IMG/VR virus record: IMGVR_UViG_3300027513_000020
Coordinates: 1-50,830 of that record
Length of the DNA: 50,830 bases
Source: a virus
Lineage: Duplodnaviria; Caudoviricetes
Strand: one strand, 5' to 3'
The notes under the pieces are model-generated. The model made no database searches, was not told where the DNA came from, and saw only the letters and a program-made list of their open reading frames with translations. This document shows, piece by piece, positions 1-7,366 of this stretch (position 1 is the first letter of the stretch; each line of letters begins with the position of its first letter). The position numbers were made by a program, and so were the translations under genes.

Positions 1-5
1 GCGTG

Positions 6-131
6 CCGGAAACGGTCCTTGTAGCGGCGCTTATCGCGACTAACGCCGCCGCGCCAGTTCGGATTGCTCGCGCCCTGGAGGCCGCCGCGCGCCGCCGCGC
101 CCTGGAGGCCGCCGGCCCGGTTCCGGCACGC
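6..131. repeat. Terminal direct repeat, left copy (126 bp); circular genome or assembly overlap
   Basis: 6-131 is identical to 50705-50830. Confidence 0.95.
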
Positions 132-230
132 CCGGGAGCAGTACTTCCCGCCCCCGGCCCGGAGATCCCACGGTCTGGGACAGAAGAGGCGGGTGCAGAT
201 CGGACATTTCACGGCCACAAGCGTGCTCAT
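6..230 (-). CDS. 5' part of a Zn-finger/HNH endonuclease spanning the circular junction
   Basis: ATG at 230 overlaps the cro stop (ATGA). MSTLVAVKCPICTRLF...GKYCSRAC...SNPNWRGG continues in frame into 50704-50471 once the ends are joined. Confidence 0.8.
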
Positions 231-454
231 CTCGCCGCCTCGACTGGGCTCGCTGGCGCCACAACGGTCTCATGCCGCCGGGCGGTGAGCCTGGCGAGGG
301 CCGCGATGAAGGACGGGGCAAAGTCCTCGGGCATGTCCCGCCAGCCCTCTTCCACGCGCTGGAGGAAGGAGTAGTTCGTGCCCATCTCCGCGGCCAGATC
401 GTACCGGGAGACGCGGGCCCCGATGCGGCGGGCCTTGAGTTCCTCGCGGGTCAT
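227..454 (-). CDS. Cro-like XRE helix-turn-helix regulator
   Basis: 75 aa with LKARRIGARVSRYDLAAEMG...LQRVEEG; GAGGGG RBS; first gene of the leftward early operon. Confidence 0.8.
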   Translation of the reverse strand: MTREELKARRIGARVSRYDLAAEMGTNYSFLQRVEEGWRDMPEDFAPSFIAALARLTARRHETVVAPASPVEAAR

Positions 455-491
455 CCTAACACCCCCTCGATACGCGATTAATCATTGCTCA

Positions 492-520
492 ACTATACGC
501 CGGATCCTTCCGGCCGTCAA
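492..520 (-). promoter_or_regulatory. Sigma70-type early promoter with palindromic spacer (possible operator)
   Basis: TTGACG-17 bp-TATAGT on the minus strand; the spacer contains CCGGA-n4-TCCGG. Confidence 0.75.
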
Positions 521-561
521 CAGGGTTCACGAAAGAGAGCGATGATTTTTTAATCAGTCTG

Positions 562-570
562 TGCTATATT
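562..570 (+). promoter_or_regulatory. Extended -10 promoter of the repressor gene
   Basis: TGCTATATT upstream of a purine-rich RBS and the ATG at 592. Confidence 0.55.
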
Positions 571-591
571 GGGGAGAGAGGAGGGAAGGGG

Positions 592-921
592 ATGCTGAGA
601 CACTCCGAGGGGTTCGGAGCGAGGGTCCGCCGCGAGCTGGAAGGGCGCCGCATGTCCTATCAGGAGGCGGCCCGCCGGGCGCGCGAGCGGGAGTTGGGAC
701 TCTCCTTCGGGACGATCCGCAGCATGGCGTATGGAGCCGTGCCGGGGAGCGACCTGATCGTGGAGTTTGCCGAGACGATCGGGGATACGCCGGAGGAGAC
801 CCAGGTGCTGGCCAACGACCTGCTTGCCCTGGCGGCAAAGCGGGTGGGGTACGTCGGCACCCGTGTGAGGTGCGGAGTCGCGTCGCTGTGCGCTCTCGGG
901 AGCGCGGCTCCGAGCCGGTGA
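592..921 (+). CDS. CI-like XRE HTH repressor with no peptidase domain
   Basis: FGARVRRELEGRRMSYQEAA...LSFGTIRSM...VPGSDLIVEFA; divergent from cro and next to attP/int. Confidence 0.7.
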   Translation: MLRHSEGFGARVRRELEGRRMSYQEAARRARERELGLSFGTIRSMAYGAVPGSDLIVEFAETIGDTPEETQVLANDLLALAAKRVGYVGTRVRCGVASLCALGSAAPSR

Positions 922-1015
922 AAGTTCAGCGGAGAGCGTTAGAGCAGGGGGACCGAACCCGCCCCGTCCGGAGGCTGTGCATTGTGCATCACAGGCGCAA
1001 TCCTCGCACGGAGCA

Positions 1016-1064
1016 TGGGCCCAGAAGGATTCGAACCTTCGACCGAGGGATTATGAGTCCCCTG
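1016..1064 (-). other. attP core: 3' half of a tRNA with CAU anticodon (probably tRNA-Ile2)
   Basis: Minus strand CAGGGGA-CTCATAA-TCCCT-CGGTC-GAAGG-TTCGAAT-CCTTC-TGGGCCCA gives the anticodon arm, T arm and acceptor 3' strand; no contiguous 5' half; adjacent to the integrase. Confidence 0.85.
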
Positions 1065-1229
1065 GTCACAGCTAGCTGTATCCCCCTCTACACTCCCGCG
1101 AACCCTCCTCATTGACCGTGTGAATACGCCGTATCGGGCGCAAAACGCAAACACTCGTTTGCATGTCCGTGCGTGCTGTCCGATACTACCTCCACCCGCC
1201 CGCCTGTTCCGCGTGCCCGGGCGCCAGCG

Positions 1230-2264
1230 ATGCAAGCCCACCTCGAACCCTATCTGTCCTGGCAGCTCGACCAGGGCAAGAGCAAGAAGAGCATCCTCGT
1301 CTGGCGGCAGAAGGTGCGGCACTTCCTGGAGTGGCTCGCCGGCCGCGAGGTGACGCTGCGCCTGCTCTACGAGTACCGGGACTACCTCCAGAAGGACAAG
1401 ATCAAGCCGCACCGCGCGGATCGTGGGTGCCGGCCGCGCACGGTCCGCGCCGCCTTCAGCGCCCTCCGGGGCTTCTTCCGCTACCTGGAGAGCCAGGGCC
1501 GGAAGGACCTGCCCGACGTGGCCGCGGTCGCCATGCCCCGACTCGATACCGCCGTCCGCGCCGTCCCCAGCTCCGAGGAGGTCCGCGCCCTGTTCGCGGC
1601 CGCCGAGCACGCCGGGGCCCATGCCCGCTGCCCCCTCTATCGCAGCTACCTGCGGCTGCGCGCCCTCGCCGTCCTGTCGCTCGCCGCCGGCTGCGGCCTG
1701 CGCCGCGCGGAGATCCTCGCCCTCGACGTCACGGACCTGCGGACGGACCGGACGCCGTGGGAGGTCAACGTCCGGTTCGGGAAGGGTGCCCAGGCGCGCT
1801 GGGTGCCGATTGGGGAGACGGAGCAGGGCCACCTGGAGGCGTGGCTGCGGACCCGGGACGGCCGCTGCCAGCGCCTCGACCACCGTACCCCGGCCTTGCT
1901 GGTGGACGACAAGGGGCGCCGGCTGGGGAACCACGGGATCGAGGGGATCGTGGAGACGCTCAAGGGGCTCGCCGGTCTGGACGAGACGGCCCTGACCCTC
2001 CACGGACTCCGGCACGCGTTCGGCGCCTACCTGCTCCGGGCCAAGGGGCCCAAGACGACGCAGGTGCTGATGGGGCACGCCAGCGTCTCGACGACGCTGG
2101 AGGTCTACGGCCACACGGACGCCGACCAGATGCGGGAAGCGGTCGCGGACCTGTCGCGGTCGATTCATACCCCTGACGGTCAGGCAGGAAGCGACTCTCC
2201 GCGGCGCGGCCAGAGCCGGCGCCGGGCCCCCGGAGGCCGGGGCAGACGCGGATACAGAGTGTGA
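1230..2264 (+). CDS. int: Tyrosine recombinase/integrase
   Basis: Catalytic motifs GLRRAEI, GKG, HGLRH, LMGHASVSTTLEVY; alternative GTG start at 1173. Confidence 0.93.
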   Translation: MQAHLEPYLSWQLDQGKSKKSILVWRQKVRHFLEWLAGREVTLRLLYEYRDYLQKDKIKPHRADRGCRPRTVRAAFSALRGFFRYLESQGRKDLPDVAAVAMPRLDTAVRAVPSSEEVRALFAAAEHAGAHARCPLYRSYLRLRALAVLSLAAGCGLRRAEILALDVTDLRTDRTPWEVNVRFGKGAQARWVPIGETEQGHLEAWLRTRDGRCQRLDHRTPALLVDDKGRRLGNHGIEGIVETLKGLAGLDETALTLHGLRHAFGAYLLRAKGPKTTQVLMGHASVSTTLEVYGHTDADQMREAVADLSRSIHTPDGQAGSDSPRRGQSRRRAPGGRGRRGYRV

Positions 2265-2318
2265 CTGCGCGACCTTTTCCGGAAAGGCGGATGGCATATA
2301 TAGGTGATATAATTCAGC

Positions 2319-2930
2319 ATGCAAGACCAAAGACCAACTCACTGCGGGATGTGGACACTTCTTCAGCATGCATACGGCAGGAAGCGCGAGGAATACTGGC
2401 TCTGCGAGTGCAAGTGCGGTACTCGGCGCGAAGTTCGCCTCGACAATCTTCTTCGTGGACTCTCGAAAAGCTGTGGCTGCAATCGTGGGCAGAAGGAAAA
2501 CGGGAGTATCTCGAACCGGCCGGAGTACATCGTTTGGATGGGAATGCGCCAACGCTGCAACAATCCTAACGCTCCAAATTTCCATCACTACGGCGGGCGG
2601 GGAATTCGAGTATGTTCTCGTTGGCAAGGGTCATTTGCAACGTTCCTTGAAGACATGGGGCCACGTCCTTCTCCTACACACAAGCTGGAGCGCCGCGACG
2701 TAAACGGCCCCTACGAACCCGAGAATTGTTCGTGGGGAACGCAACGGGACCAATGCAACAACAAGCGTAACAGCCACTTCATCGCGTTCCAGGGTCGGCG
2801 ACTTACCGTAACGCAGTGGGGGGCAGAGATCGGAATACCCGCCGACAACATCCTCCATCGTATCCGCGCCGGCTGGTCGATTGAGGATAGTCTCACAAAA
2901 CCGGTGCGGAGGCGGAGAGTGAGCCTGTGA
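2319..2930 (+). CDS. HNH homing endonuclease-like protein
   Basis: WLCECKCG, KSCGC, YGGRGIRVC, LERRDVNGPYEPENCSW; lower GC; TGATATAAT 5 nt before the ATG. Confidence 0.88.
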   Translation: MQDQRPTHCGMWTLLQHAYGRKREEYWLCECKCGTRREVRLDNLLRGLSKSCGCNRGQKENGSISNRPEYIVWMGMRQRCNNPNAPNFHHYGGRGIRVCSRWQGSFATFLEDMGPRPSPTHKLERRDVNGPYEPENCSWGTQRDQCNNKRNSHFIAFQGRRLTVTQWGAEIGIPADNILHRIRAGWSIEDSLTKPVRRRRVSL

Positions 2931-3137
2931 ATACGGCAGTCACAGGCTGACGATCAGGGGTATGAATCGACTTCGGCGGGGTAATGAAGCGGCGGGAGCG
3001 AATCACACCCGCACTGGGTAACTCATAGGCCGAAGTAGTCGGGGCGACGCTGAACCAGGCGATCGCCGCGGAGGTGGACGAGCTGCTCGCCGGCCTGGAG
3101 GAGGAGCTGCGCGGCGCCGTGCGGTAACCAGGTACCG

Positions 3138-3530
3138 ATGACCGTCACCCCGGAGTTCGCCACGGCCTGGTGCTGGGCCATCAACGCCAGTGAGCGGCAG
3201 CAGCAGGTGATCGAGCTCGCCTACGTCGCGGGCCTGCCGGACCCGGAGATCGCCGACCGACTCGGCATCGCCGTCGGGACGGTCGGCTACCACCGCTCCG
3301 AGATCAAGCGCAAGACGCGGGAGCGGAACTGGCTCTCCGAACTGCGGCAGGACGCGGAAGCGGTGTGGGAGGCGCTCTGCGGGCCCCAGCGGCCGGACCC
3401 GTCCACGCCCCTCTTCCGCGCGGATAAGCGCGAGCCCGCCTTTCCGCACCCGGTGACGGTGGACCGGCGCGACTTCGTGAGCCACTTTGTGGAGAACGCC
3501 CGGAGCCGGCCTCGCAGGCACAAAAGTTGA
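3138..3530 (+). CDS. Sigma70-r4/LuxR-like HTH protein, probable late-gene activator or antiterminator
   Basis: SERQQQVIELAYVAGLPDPEIADRLGIAVGTVGYH; immediately upstream of the late operon. Confidence 0.7.
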   Translation: MTVTPEFATAWCWAINASERQQQVIELAYVAGLPDPEIADRLGIAVGTVGYHRSEIKRKTRERNWLSELRQDAEAVWEALCGPQRPDPSTPLFRADKREPAFPHPVTVDRRDFVSHFVENARSRPRRHKS

Positions 3531-3614
3531 CGTTAAACCCAAGAATGTCCGAAAGTGAGGGTGCCAGATTGCGTCACAGGCGCCTTCTGACGTTAGGGCT
3601 GAATAGAGAGATTG

Positions 3615-3646
3615 GCCTCCAGGGCTTCCCTGGGGGCTTTCCTTTT
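3615..3646 (+). terminator. Intrinsic terminator at the start of the late leader
   Basis: GCCTCCAGGG-CTT-CCCTGGGGGC followed by TTTCCTTTT. Confidence 0.6.
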
Positions 3647-3649
3647 GCC

Positions 3650-4062
3650 CCTCCCGGGCACCCTGTTCCGGCCGGCGTCGGCAGCTTCCAGGCAAGCGGC
3701 GCCGGCCGGAGCCACGCTTCGCCGCGGCGGCGCCCGGCGGGCGTTTCCGGTCTTTCGCACGGGCCTCGGCGACTTTCCGGCTGCGTGAGACCTCAGCGTT
3801 TCCCTGCTTCGCCGCGCGTTTGCCGGCGGAGGCCCGGTCCAGGTGGGCCGGGTGCAGCGCTTCTGAAAACAGCTGTGACCTGGGCCTCGGGGCGTCTGCC
3901 GTCCCGAGGCCACTTTTCGAGAGGTCAGCGACCCCCAATACGGGGGCGGTAGACCTACCGTACGCGGAACAGCAAAGAGCCCCGCCGGCGAGGACATCGC
4001 CGACAGGGCCTTTACGCCGGAATCGCACTTCCGACGCGAGACTAGGGTAACACCCTGCCTCG
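3650..4062 (+). ncRNA. Candidate large structured non-coding RNA
   Basis: No credible ORF; about ten consecutive or nested stems (see findings); strand inferred from the flanking operon. Confidence 0.5.
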
Positions 4063-4074
4063 GGAGGTGCTCCG

Positions 4075-4173
4075 GTGGTTCAAGTCACGGAATTCCTGCA
4101 CTCGGTCTGGATCTCCATCTGGTTGATGAAGTTCCCCGGCCCGATCTCATTCCCGTCGTTCCCGTTTGCCTGA
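4075..4173 (+). CDS. 32-aa hydrophobic peptide
   Basis: GGAGGT RBS, GTG start, MVQVTEFLHSVWISIWLMKFPGPISFPSFPFA, TGATG coupling to the next gene; below the ORF-track cutoff. Confidence 0.5.
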   Translation: MVQVTEFLHSVWISIWLMKFPGPISFPSFPFA

Positions 4174-4607
4174 TGGACAAGTTCGTCTACAAGAGCCTCT
4201 TCCGGCACGAAAGGCAGATCCAGGCCATGAGCCAAGCTATCACCGACCTGCAAGAGGTCGTCGCTAAGCAGGGGGAGTTGATCGCCGCCGAGCAGGCGCA
4301 GGGCGATCAGATCGAAGCCATCGTGGCCGACCAGGCCGAGGCCATCGCGGCGCTGGAGGCGCAGATCGCGGCGCTCGGTCCCGCGGGCGAAGCGCTCAAC
4401 GCCGAGGTCGCCAAGATCAAGAGCCACAACGAGCAGATCGAGGGCATCGTCACCACCGAGACGGGCGTCAACCCGACGCCGCCGACCGATCCCAACGCGC
4501 CGCGCCCTGATAACTCCCTCCCTGGCCCCCAACCAGGCATCGACAACACGCTCCCCGGCGACCTGAAGCCGAAGCCGGAGCAGCTCCCCGCCGCGAAGAA
4601 GGCCTGA
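4173..4607 (+). CDS. Coiled-coil protein with a Pro-rich DN(S/T)LPG repeat tail
   Basis: Heptad-like Ala/Glu/Gln/Ile region, then PDNSLPG and IDNTLPG; lysis-region position. Confidence 0.7.
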   Translation: MDKFVYKSLFRHERQIQAMSQAITDLQEVVAKQGELIAAEQAQGDQIEAIVADQAEAIAALEAQIAALGPAGEALNAEVAKIKSHNEQIEGIVTTETGVNPTPPTDPNAPRPDNSLPGPQPGIDNTLPGDLKPKPEQLPAAKKA

Positions 4608-4610
4608 CGC

Positions 4611-5225
4611 GTGGCGTTGACGAACTCGCTATTTCGTTCATTCTTCGCCGCGAAGAACTGGCCTGTCCCCGCGGACGGCACCGTCTTCGGCGTGGGGATC
4701 CGCGGCGCGAAGCTGCTCGACGCCGACAGCATCGAAGTCATTCCGAATACCCCTCGCGGTTTCCAGGACGACCTCCTCGGCTGGGCGGGCGCCGCGTGGT
4801 ATCTCGCCGAGGGGACCGTCGAGCCGGGCGCCGTCCCGGCCCCCAACCCGGCGGGGATGGCCTACCGCGCCGACGGGGAGCACCTCTTCCATCCGGGTCT
4901 CCACCGGCGGCACCGGGCCTTCGTCCAGCACGGGGGCGCGAGAATATGGCGGGATCGTGACGCCGATGCAACGAGAGACCCCACCGAAGAGATCCACGTG
5001 GAGGTCGGTAATGGGCTCAATTGGCACGCGGGCCCGCTTACCGACATCATCGGGAAGAGTTCCTACGGGTGCTTGAACACCCGTGGAGGGTATGCTTCGG
5101 CGGCCTGGAAGCGGACCTACGACATCGGCAAGAAGGCGGTCGCCGCCGGGGACACCAAGAGCAAAGGAGTCCTCGCTGTTTACTTGCTGAGCGCGGACGA
5201 GCTGGTGCGTTTTTCCAATGCCTGA
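4611..5225 (+). CDS. Putative endolysin with an L,D-transpeptidase (YkuD)-like catalytic motif
   Basis: GIRG...DD...TVEPG...GLH...FVQ...WRD...NWH-x11-SYGCLN resembles Hx(n)SxGCxN. Confidence 0.6.
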   Translation: MALTNSLFRSFFAAKNWPVPADGTVFGVGIRGAKLLDADSIEVIPNTPRGFQDDLLGWAGAAWYLAEGTVEPGAVPAPNPAGMAYRADGEHLFHPGLHRRHRAFVQHGGARIWRDRDADATRDPTEEIHVEVGNGLNWHAGPLTDIIGKSSYGCLNTRGGYASAAWKRTYDIGKKAVAAGDTKSKGVLAVYLLSADELVRFSNA

Positions 5226-5446
5226 CACCTGCCCCCACCACCCCCACGTCCGCCGCGAGCTGGTCAACGCCGCCACGGGGGAGCGCACCTGCCCCGGCCT
5301 GCGCGACGGCGACCCCGGTGCTCGCCGCGCCGCCACTGCCGGTCCAGGGGGCCTGCGCCCACACGGGCGAGCGCGGCACGCATCCGGCGTACGGGATGGA
5401 AATCTGCCAGGGCTGCGGGCTCACCGTGACCGCGAGGAGCGCCTGA
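5218..5446 (+). pseudogene. Small double Cys/His Zn-ribbon gene with an apparent 1-nt frameshift
   Basis: Removing one C from CCCC (5292-5295) gives CPH...CPAC...CAH...CQGC ending at TGATG 5446. Confidence 0.45.
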
Positions 5447-5531
5447 TGGCCCGCCGCCTCTTATTTCACGTGCCGGCCGGTTTGCGAAATAAGGCCGCCC
5501 GCTCGCCCCGCTTGTTTTCGGAGACGTGCTG

Positions 5532-6722
5532 ATGCCCCTCGACCCCGACGAGAGCGCGGACCAGCGCGCCCGCCGCCGCGAACTCGAAGCCGCCGGGCAA
5601 CTGGGCCTGCCGGAAGACACGCTCGGGCTCGACGAGGATGAGGAGCTGCTGGACGACGAAGAGCGGCGCCGCAATGCGAACGACGACGTGAGCCCCTACG
5701 CGCCGGTTGAGGACGACGAGGAACCCGAGGACGCGGACCTGGAGCCGGATGAGTTCGCGGGAATGGACCCGCAGGCGGTAGGCGCGGCCATCGCCGGCTT
5801 TGTCGCCGCCGCCGTCCCGGAGGACGAGGAGCAGGACGACCCGGCCGGCGCGGTGACGACCGAGGGACGCAAGCCGTGGCGCCCGAGCCGGCCGAAGCCG
5901 CCCACGGTGAACCCGAAGCCCCCCACGGAGCCGGAGCGGCCTATCCCCCCCACGGGCACGGGCAAGGTGGTTGAGGTCCGCAGCGAGCGGGACCTGGAGA
6001 ACATGAAGTCGGGAGTAACCTATCAATGGGTGGGCGGCTTCGTCCTGCGGGACCAGCTCTCCCTTTCTGGCCTGAACGGAGTCACCCTGATCGATGCCCG
6101 CATCGAGGGCGCCCGCGAGAGCAACATCTATGCCCGGGGCTGTCGGGACCTCACCCTCACCGGCGGCGACCTGTCCCGGTCCAAAACCAAGAGCGGCATC
6201 CTCCTCGACGCCGAGTGTGAAGGACTGCGGATGTACCGAGTGACGGGCGACGAGAACGAGGAGCATTTCGTCTATGTCGGAAGCCATAAAAAGGGCGGCA
6301 AGCCATTCTTCATCGAGGACTGCGTGGGCCGGCGCAATCATCGATGTTTTTGCCAGGTGAACCTCGAAGGCCAGAGCTGGTGGGTGGTCGGCGGGCACAT
6401 CCTGCGCTGCACTGCGGACGGGAACGCCACCGAGCAGGGCGCCCAGTTCAACCTCGGCGCCTGGGATCGGGGCCTCGTCAAGGACTGCCAGATCGTCAAC
6501 GGCAAGGATGACGGGCTGGTGCTCGCCGCCATTGACGGGAAGGCGTCCAAGAACTGCCGCGTGGAGGCTTGCACGTTCAAGAACAACCGGGACGCGCCCC
6601 TCAAGACGGCGCAGGGGTCGAAGGGGCACACCCTTTCGGGCTGCACGTTCGACGAGATGCCGCCGGCCGGCGGGTGGCGGTCCGACGGAACGTGCACCGG
6701 GCCGGGCGGCAAGCGGTTTTAA
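5532..6722 (+). CDS. Right-handed beta-helix protein with acidic N-terminus and Pro-rich linker
   Basis: Repeats such as NCRVEACTFKNN, GLVKDCQIVNGKDDGL and HTLSGCTFD. Confidence 0.7.
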   Translation: MPLDPDESADQRARRRELEAAGQLGLPEDTLGLDEDEELLDDEERRRNANDDVSPYAPVEDDEEPEDADLEPDEFAGMDPQAVGAAIAGFVAAAVPEDEEQDDPAGAVTTEGRKPWRPSRPKPPTVNPKPPTEPERPIPPTGTGKVVEVRSERDLENMKSGVTYQWVGGFVLRDQLSLSGLNGVTLIDARIEGARESNIYARGCRDLTLTGGDLSRSKTKSGILLDAECEGLRMYRVTGDENEEHFVYVGSHKKGGKPFFIEDCVGRRNHRCFCQVNLEGQSWWVVGGHILRCTADGNATEQGAQFNLGAWDRGLVKDCQIVNGKDDGLVLAAIDGKASKNCRVEACTFKNNRDAPLKTAQGSKGHTLSGCTFDEMPPAGGWRSDGTCTGPGGKRF

Positions 6723-6723
6723 G

Positions 6724-6888
6724 ATGAGTGAGCCCCGGAGACCCATCCTCGTGTTCACGACCGCGAAGTTCCTCGCGCTCATCGCCACGGTGCTGTTCGT
6801 ATTGGCGAGCTTCGGCGTGGTCTTCGGCTCGGTCTCGCTGCTCGCGCTTGGACTGGCGTTCCTGGCTGCGGCAGTGGTGCTCGGGTAG
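6724..6888 (+). CDS. Small two-TM membrane protein, holin candidate
   Basis: 54 aa with two hydrophobic helices and a basic N-terminus; lies between the lysin region and terminase. Confidence 0.55.
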   Translation: MSEPRRPILVFTTAKFLALIATVLFVLASFGVVFGSVSLLALGLAFLAAAVVLG

Positions 6889-6892
6889 CAAG

Positions 6893-7366
6893 ATGGCCCA
6901 CCCCGACGCGCGCCGCGAGGAAGTGCTCGCCCTCCTGAAGGCCAACGGCGGCAACGTCAAGCGGACGGCCCGGGAGTCCGGCATCCCATTCGCTACCGTC
7001 GCGCTCTGGAAGCAGAAGGCACAGGTTTTGGGGACAGAAAGCTGTTCCCAAAAGCAAGCCAGCCTCGAGGAGCTCCTGGAGAACATCATCCGGGTCGCCG
7101 CGGGCCTGCTGCCGGGGAAGTTGGAGGACGCGAAGGCCTCGGAGACGGGCACGGTCCTGGGGATCTGCTTCGACAAGCTTCGGCTCTTGCGGCAGGAGCC
7201 GACCAGCATCCAGGAAACCCGCGGAGAGCTGACCGAAGATGAGCGTTTGCGGCGCCTTGCCGAACTCCTGGACGCCGGAGAGAGTCGCGCGGGCGTGGGA
7301 GCACCTGACCCCGGCGGAGCAGGACGAGGCGAACAAGCACCTGCGGGCGCTCCGCCCATCCACTGA
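6893..7366 (+). CDS. terS: Terminase small subunit (HTH)
   Basis: N-terminal HTH NVKRTARESGIPFATVALW; directly upstream of and overlapping terL. Confidence 0.7.
   Translation: MAHPDARREEVLALLKANGGNVKRTARESGIPFATVALWKQKAQVLGTESCSQKQASLEELLENIIRVAAGLLPGKLEDAKASETGTVLGICFDKLRLLRQEPTSIQETRGELTEDERLRRLAELLDAGESRAGVGAPDPGGAGRGEQAPAGAPPIH

Noticed and set aside
1-15. The first 11 nt are the reverse complement of the last 11 nt (apparent terminal inverted repeat)
   Set aside because: Only 5 nt fall outside the direct repeat and they break the HNH frame. This is most simply a fold-back or assembly-end artefact, not a linear-genome TIR.
1016-1064. Functional phage tRNA gene
   Set aside because: There is no acceptor 5' strand or D arm contiguous on the same strand, so it is treated as the attP core.
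3527-4050. ORFs over the structured region (3527-3952 +, 3003-4028 -, 3820-4050 +)
   Set aside because: Arg/Pro/Gly-rich, with no RBS and no codon bias; typical GC-rich shadow ORFs.
4071-4092. GGTTCAAGTC T-loop-like word suggesting a tRNA or tmRNA
   Set aside because: The T stem does not pair properly and there is no acceptor stem; it is better explained as the start of the 32-aa ORF.
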